The position numbers and the translations under genes were made by a program. A stretch of 41,432 nucleotides of DNA from Bacteroidota bacterium. Lineage in GTDB: Bacteria > Bacteroidota > Ignavibacteria > UBA10030. The DNA lies in NCBI GenBank assembly GCA_050008835.1, contig JBEKLV010000003.1, positions 1 to 41,432 on the forward strand, read 5' to 3'. Positions within the stretch are counted from its first letter, which is position 1. Each line of letters opens with the position of its first letter. The notes beneath the pieces are model-generated. The model had not been told where the DNA came from. It made no database searches and saw only the letters and a list, made by a program, of their open reading frames with translations. Shown here piece by piece: positions 37,870 to 41,432 of the stretch.

Positions 37870-38718
37870 CTATGGTGGATGTATCATTTGGGTTCCAATT
37901 CCTTCGTCGGTGAATATTTCCAGTAGAAGTGAATGCTTAATGCGCCCGTCGATAATGTGAACTTTGTTGACACCGGCATCGAGCGTGGTAAACGCTGAGC
38001 GTACTTTCGGAATCATTCCGCTATGAATTGCGCCGTGTTCTATGAGCGATTCTGCTTCCGCATTCGTTAGCGAAGAAACTAACTGCTTGTCCACGAGCAC
38101 GCCCTCTATGTCGCTGAGATAGACGAGTTTTTCTGCTTTCAGTGCGGTTGCAATAGCACCAGCCGCCAGATCGGCGTTGACGTTCAGAATTTTATTATCT
38201 TCGCCTACTGCAAGCGGAGCAATGACCGGCATCATTCCATTATTAAGAAGTAAATTTAAAAAACCCGTATTTACAAAACTCACATTACCAACCAAGCCGA
38301 GATCTTTTTCTGTAGTTCGTTGTGCCCTTAGCAACCCATTATCTATACCACAAAGTCCAACAGCGTTGCCGCCGTTGGTATTGATGAGATTAACAATCTC
38401 TTTGTTCAACTTTCCAGCCAGTACCATCAGCACCACATCAACCATTTTTTCGTCAGTGTAACGCTGTCCGTCGACAAAACGATTTGGGATGTTTAGCGTG
38501 GAAGCAAGATCGGTAATGTCTTTTCCACCACCATGCACAATGATGATGTTAATGCCGATCTTGCGGAGAATTGTCACATCCTGCGCAAAAGAAGCTTTGA
38601 GGCGTTCATCTCTCATTGCCGCACCGCCATATTTGATGACGAATGTTTTGCTTTCATACGTTTGAATGTACGGCAGCGCTTCTATAAGTACCTCTTCTTT
38701 GGTTTGAGTGTTTGTCAT
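37870..38718 (-). CDS. argB: Acetylglutamate kinase
   Basis: VIKYGG, VHGGG, NVNAD, GMIPKV. Confidence 0.95.
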   Translation of the reverse strand: MTNTQTKEEVLIEALPYIQTYESKTFVIKYGGAAMRDERLKASFAQDVTILRKIGINIIIVHGGGKDITDLASTLNIPNRFVDGQRYTDEKMVDVVLMVLAGKLNKEIVNLINTNGGNAVGLCGIDNGLLRAQRTTEKDLGLVGNVSFVNTGFLNLLLNNGMMPVIAPLAVGEDNKILNVNADLAAGAIATALKAEKLVYLSDIEGVLVDKQLVSSLTNAEAESLIEHGAIHSGMIPKVRSAFTTLDAGVNKVHIIDGRIKHSLLLEIFTDEGIGTQMIHPP

Positions 38719-38774
38719 ATTAATTCTCGGTGTTCAGCATTCGGTTGCCCGACTTAATTTTAACCCGTTTCTAT

Positions 38775-39992
38775 TTATGTACGATAACTTGCATTGATAT
38801 GAATATATTCTTTTGTCAAGTCACATGTCCAGAAACGCGCTTCCGCAGAACCTTGATTCAGATTAATCTGTACTGTGATGTTATCCTGTGATAGTGTCGC
38901 CTTCGCTTTCTCTTCATCAAGAACAATTTCGTAGTTCGGCTTAAGCACTGGCAAATCGTTGAAGCCAATTGACACTTTTGCCGGATCGAAATCAATGCCG
39001 GAGTAACCAACGGCGCAAAGTATACGCCCCCAATTTGCATCGGCACCGTGAAGCGCGGTCTTAACTAGATTTGAATTTGCCACAGCGCGCGCCGCTTGCG
39101 TAGCTTCATCTTCTGTTCGTGCACCGCTCACAACAATTTCTACGAACTTTGTTGCACCTTCACCATCGCGTGCAATCATCTTTGCAAGCTTGATGAGGAT
39201 GTATTCGAGTGCGGCAAGAAAATGCCGGAATGCAGAAGTGTTTTCTCGAATTTCTTCGTTTTTTGCTAATCCATTTGCTAGCACGAGCAGCATATCATTC
39301 GTGCTCATATCTCCATCAACGGTAATGCGATTGAAAGAATGATTGTTTGCAATGCGCAACGCTGATTGTAATGCCGATTGCGCGATGACAGCGTCAGTTG
39401 TAACAAACGCAAGCATTGTTGCCATATTAGGCGCAATCATACCGGAACCTTTAGCCATTCCGCCAATTGTGATAACAGAAGAACCGATAGAAAACCGCAA
39501 AGCACATTCCTTGGGAAAAATATCCGTTGTCATGATCGCTTCCGCGGCATCTTTGTTTCCATCTACAGAAAGTTTTGTTGAAAGATCGTGGACGCCGTTT
39601 AAAACATTTTCCATTGGAAGATATTGTCCGATGATACCGGTAGAAGAGACAAGCACTTGCTCACGCGGCACATGAAGAGCGTTGGCAGTTTCATCAACCA
39701 TTGTCCATGCGTCTTTCATTCCTTGCTCACCCGTGCATGCATTGGCATTGCCGCTGTTAATGACGACAGCTGAACATACCTTCGAATTCTTAAGTTGTAT
39801 TTTATCAACCAGTAAAGGCGCTGCAACAACTTTATTCAGTGTAAAGACACCTGCAACAACCGCAGGTTTCGCCGACTGCACAATGGCGATATCCTTTTTT
39901 GCTTTGCGGATACCGCAATAAATTCCGCCGGCAGTAAATCCTTGTGCAGCTGTTACACCGCCGGCGCATTCCCGAGATGCATCAATTTCCAT
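38775..39992 (-). CDS. argJ: Ornithine acetyltransferase / N-acetylglutamate synthase
   Basis: NSGNANACTG, KGSGMIAPNMATML (autoproteolysis site), RDGEGA, NASYRT. One-nt TAATG overlap with argC. Confidence 0.96.
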   Translation of the reverse strand: MEIDASRECAGGVTAAQGFTAGGIYCGIRKAKKDIAIVQSAKPAVVAGVFTLNKVVAAPLLVDKIQLKNSKVCSAVVINSGNANACTGEQGMKDAWTMVDETANALHVPREQVLVSSTGIIGQYLPMENVLNGVHDLSTKLSVDGNKDAAEAIMTTDIFPKECALRFSIGSSVITIGGMAKGSGMIAPNMATMLAFVTTDAVIAQSALQSALRIANNHSFNRITVDGDMSTNDMLLVLANGLAKNEEIRENTSAFRHFLAALEYILIKLAKMIARDGEGATKFVEIVVSGARTEDEATQAARAVANSNLVKTALHGADANWGRILCAVGYSGIDFDPAKVSIGFNDLPVLKPNYEIVLDEEKAKATLSQDNITVQINLNQGSAEARFWTCDLTKEYIHINASYRT

Positions 39993-41008
39993 TATTGCAA
40001 TCCTTCTGTTTCGTTTATTCCAAACATAATGTTCATATTTTGTACTGCTTGTCCCGCAGCGCCCTTTATTAGATTATCGATCGTAGAAAGAACAATGAGC
40101 TGTCCGTATTCTTGATTGATGCGGAAACCGATGTCGATAAAATTTGTGAATGCAACGTTTTTAATTTCAGGGATTACTGTCGCCGAGTATCGGACAAACG
40201 GTGCAGACTCGTAATATTTTTCATAGACGGCAAGAATTGTCTGCTCGGTCACCGGCTTTTTCAGAGTTGCATACGTCGAAGTATAAATACCACGCGTGAT
40301 TGGAAGGAGATGAGGCACAAACGAGAACATAACTGGCGTATCGGAAAGCGACTCCAATGTCGTTTTAATTTCCGGAATATGCTGATGGGTGCCAACTTTA
40401 TATGCCCGAACTGATTCATTCACTTCTGCAAATGACATATCAGCTGAAGCACTTCGTCCGGCACCGGAAACACCGGAGAGCGAACTAACAGCTATACCGT
40501 TCGATTCTATGAGGCCATCTTTCAGGAGGGGTGCAAGGGGAAGAATGGCGCTTGTCGGATAACAACCTGGATTTGCAACAAGAAACGCTGATTTGATCTG
40601 CGGAGAATTCCATTCCGGCAAACCATAGACAGATTGTTTTAATATTGCACTTGCCGTATGAGTTCGTTTGTAGTATCGTTCGTACAGCGATGTATCCTGT
40701 AGGCGAAAATCGCCGCCAAGGTCAATCACACGTTTTCCCCCTGAGAGCATTGCCGGCACAATATTCATCGCTTCTCCAGATGGAAGAGCAATAAAAATCA
40801 GATCGCTTTTAATGATTTTATCGATGGAATACGGCTCAAGCATAATGTCTAATGTTTTATGGAACAATGGTGCAACATCAGCAAGATGCTTACCTGCGGA
40901 AGAATTTGCGAAGAGCTTATCTATGCGCACGCTGGGATGCCGAACGAGGATCTTTAAAAGTTCGATGCCCGAATAACCTGACGCGCCAACAACGGAAACA
41001 GAAATCAT
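39992..41008 (-). CDS. argC: N-acetyl-gamma-glutamyl-phosphate reductase
   Basis: GASGYSG, ANPGCYPT, SGVSGAGR, DNLIKGAAGQA. Start at ATG 41008 after AAGGAG. Confidence 0.95.
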   Translation of the reverse strand: MISVSVVGASGYSGIELLKILVRHPSVRIDKLFANSSAGKHLADVAPLFHKTLDIMLEPYSIDKIIKSDLIFIALPSGEAMNIVPAMLSGGKRVIDLGGDFRLQDTSLYERYYKRTHTASAILKQSVYGLPEWNSPQIKSAFLVANPGCYPTSAILPLAPLLKDGLIESNGIAVSSLSGVSGAGRSASADMSFAEVNESVRAYKVGTHQHIPEIKTTLESLSDTPVMFSFVPHLLPITRGIYTSTYATLKKPVTEQTILAVYEKYYESAPFVRYSATVIPEIKNVAFTNFIDIGFRINQEYGQLIVLSTIDNLIKGAAGQAVQNMNIMFGINETEGLQ

Positions 41009-41037
41009 ATTGTCAACATTCTCCTTTTCATTTGATA

Positions 41038-41075
41038 ACTGTATTAATATACTATAATGTGGATAATTATGCAAA
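41038..41075. promoter_or_regulatory. Tandem ARG boxes (ArgR operator) upstream of argC
   Basis: Cores TGTATTAATATACT (41040-41053) and TGGATAATTATGCA (41060-41073), equivalent to two 18-bp boxes 2 bp apart. Confidence 0.7.
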
Positions 41076-41168
41076 TGAAAATTTATCGGAAGTATATACT
41101 TCGCAAACGCAAATTATACAAGAATTATGCAGAAGATTATAGAGAGGAAAAACGTTAGTTCACAGTAT

Positions 41169-41432
41169 TTATGAGGTGGGCGTTAAAGGTGGATTAGTTG
41201 CGATGCTTGACAATTTCCATTCAACAGGACATCGGAGAATAGAACCATCTTTAAATGTCAACACTTCATCAAATAGGCACTTTGCTAAAACTCGTTCTCT
41301 AATTCTGAGGTAGAAATCTGATTCTACCTTTAATTCTGCTGCTTCCCGGCCAATGGGCAAAAGAACACCTAATTTCAATCCCGGAAAACATTTATGTACT
41401 TCTTTAAGTGTTGGCAATTGATCGCTGTCTCC
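41169..41432 (-). CDS. 3' part of a NYN (LabA/DUF88, PIN-like) domain protein
   Basis: Frame runs to the window edge: GDSDQLPTL...FPGLKLGVLLP..R.A.EL....DF...P.EW, typical of a NYN C-terminus. Confidence 0.65.
   Translation of the reverse strand, partial: GDSDQLPTLKEVHKCFPGLKLGVLLPIGREAAELKVESDFYLRIRERVLAKCLFDEVLTFKDGSILRCPVEWKLSSIATNPPLTPTS

Noticed and set aside
25-41142. Numerous short antisense or alternate-frame ORFs in the track (e.g. 18927-19442, 24683-25171, 34906-35352)
   Set aside because: They lie within well-supported genes and show no protein motifs; treated as shadow ORFs.

Overview
Bacterial chromosomal segment, most likely from the Ignavibacteria/Chlorobi-Bacteroidota group. 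This rests on multiple C-terminal T9SS sorting domains (xxLxQNYPNPFNP...KKMxLxK*) and signal peptides followed by Gln. Housekeeping genes: trpF, ettA, gltA, a MerR-like regulator, hpnC-hpnD, rarA, ftsB/divIC, ddl, two APC permeases, a Gfo/Idh/MocA oxidoreductase, an Amidase_3, and argC-J-B-R-G with ARG boxes; argH lies about 13.7 kb from argG. Two accessory systems stand out. (1) A three-gene operon (7.2-12.3 kb) encodes a secreted WD40-caspase with an intact His/Cys dyad, a secreted DUF4384-like protein and a CHASE2-membrane class III adenylyl cyclase. The hexapeptide ATRGLG occurs both in the caspase linker and in the CHASE2 domain, suggesting an extracytoplasmic protease-activated cAMP signalling module. 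(2) An ECF sigma/anti-sigma/Spy-ZraP-like triad (32-33.8 kb) has a putative promoter CCGCA(A/G)G-N16-CGTC that recurs with identical spacing in front of an adjacent operon of T9SS cargo (metallophosphoesterase, two aryl-sulfotransferases, DUF1566-FGE-like protein). Three unannotated T9SS-CTD relics and a roughly 150-bp diverged direct repeat record gene turnover at CTD sequences. No rRNA, tRNA, CRISPR array or transposase was recognised. All calls come from reading the sequence; no searches were run.
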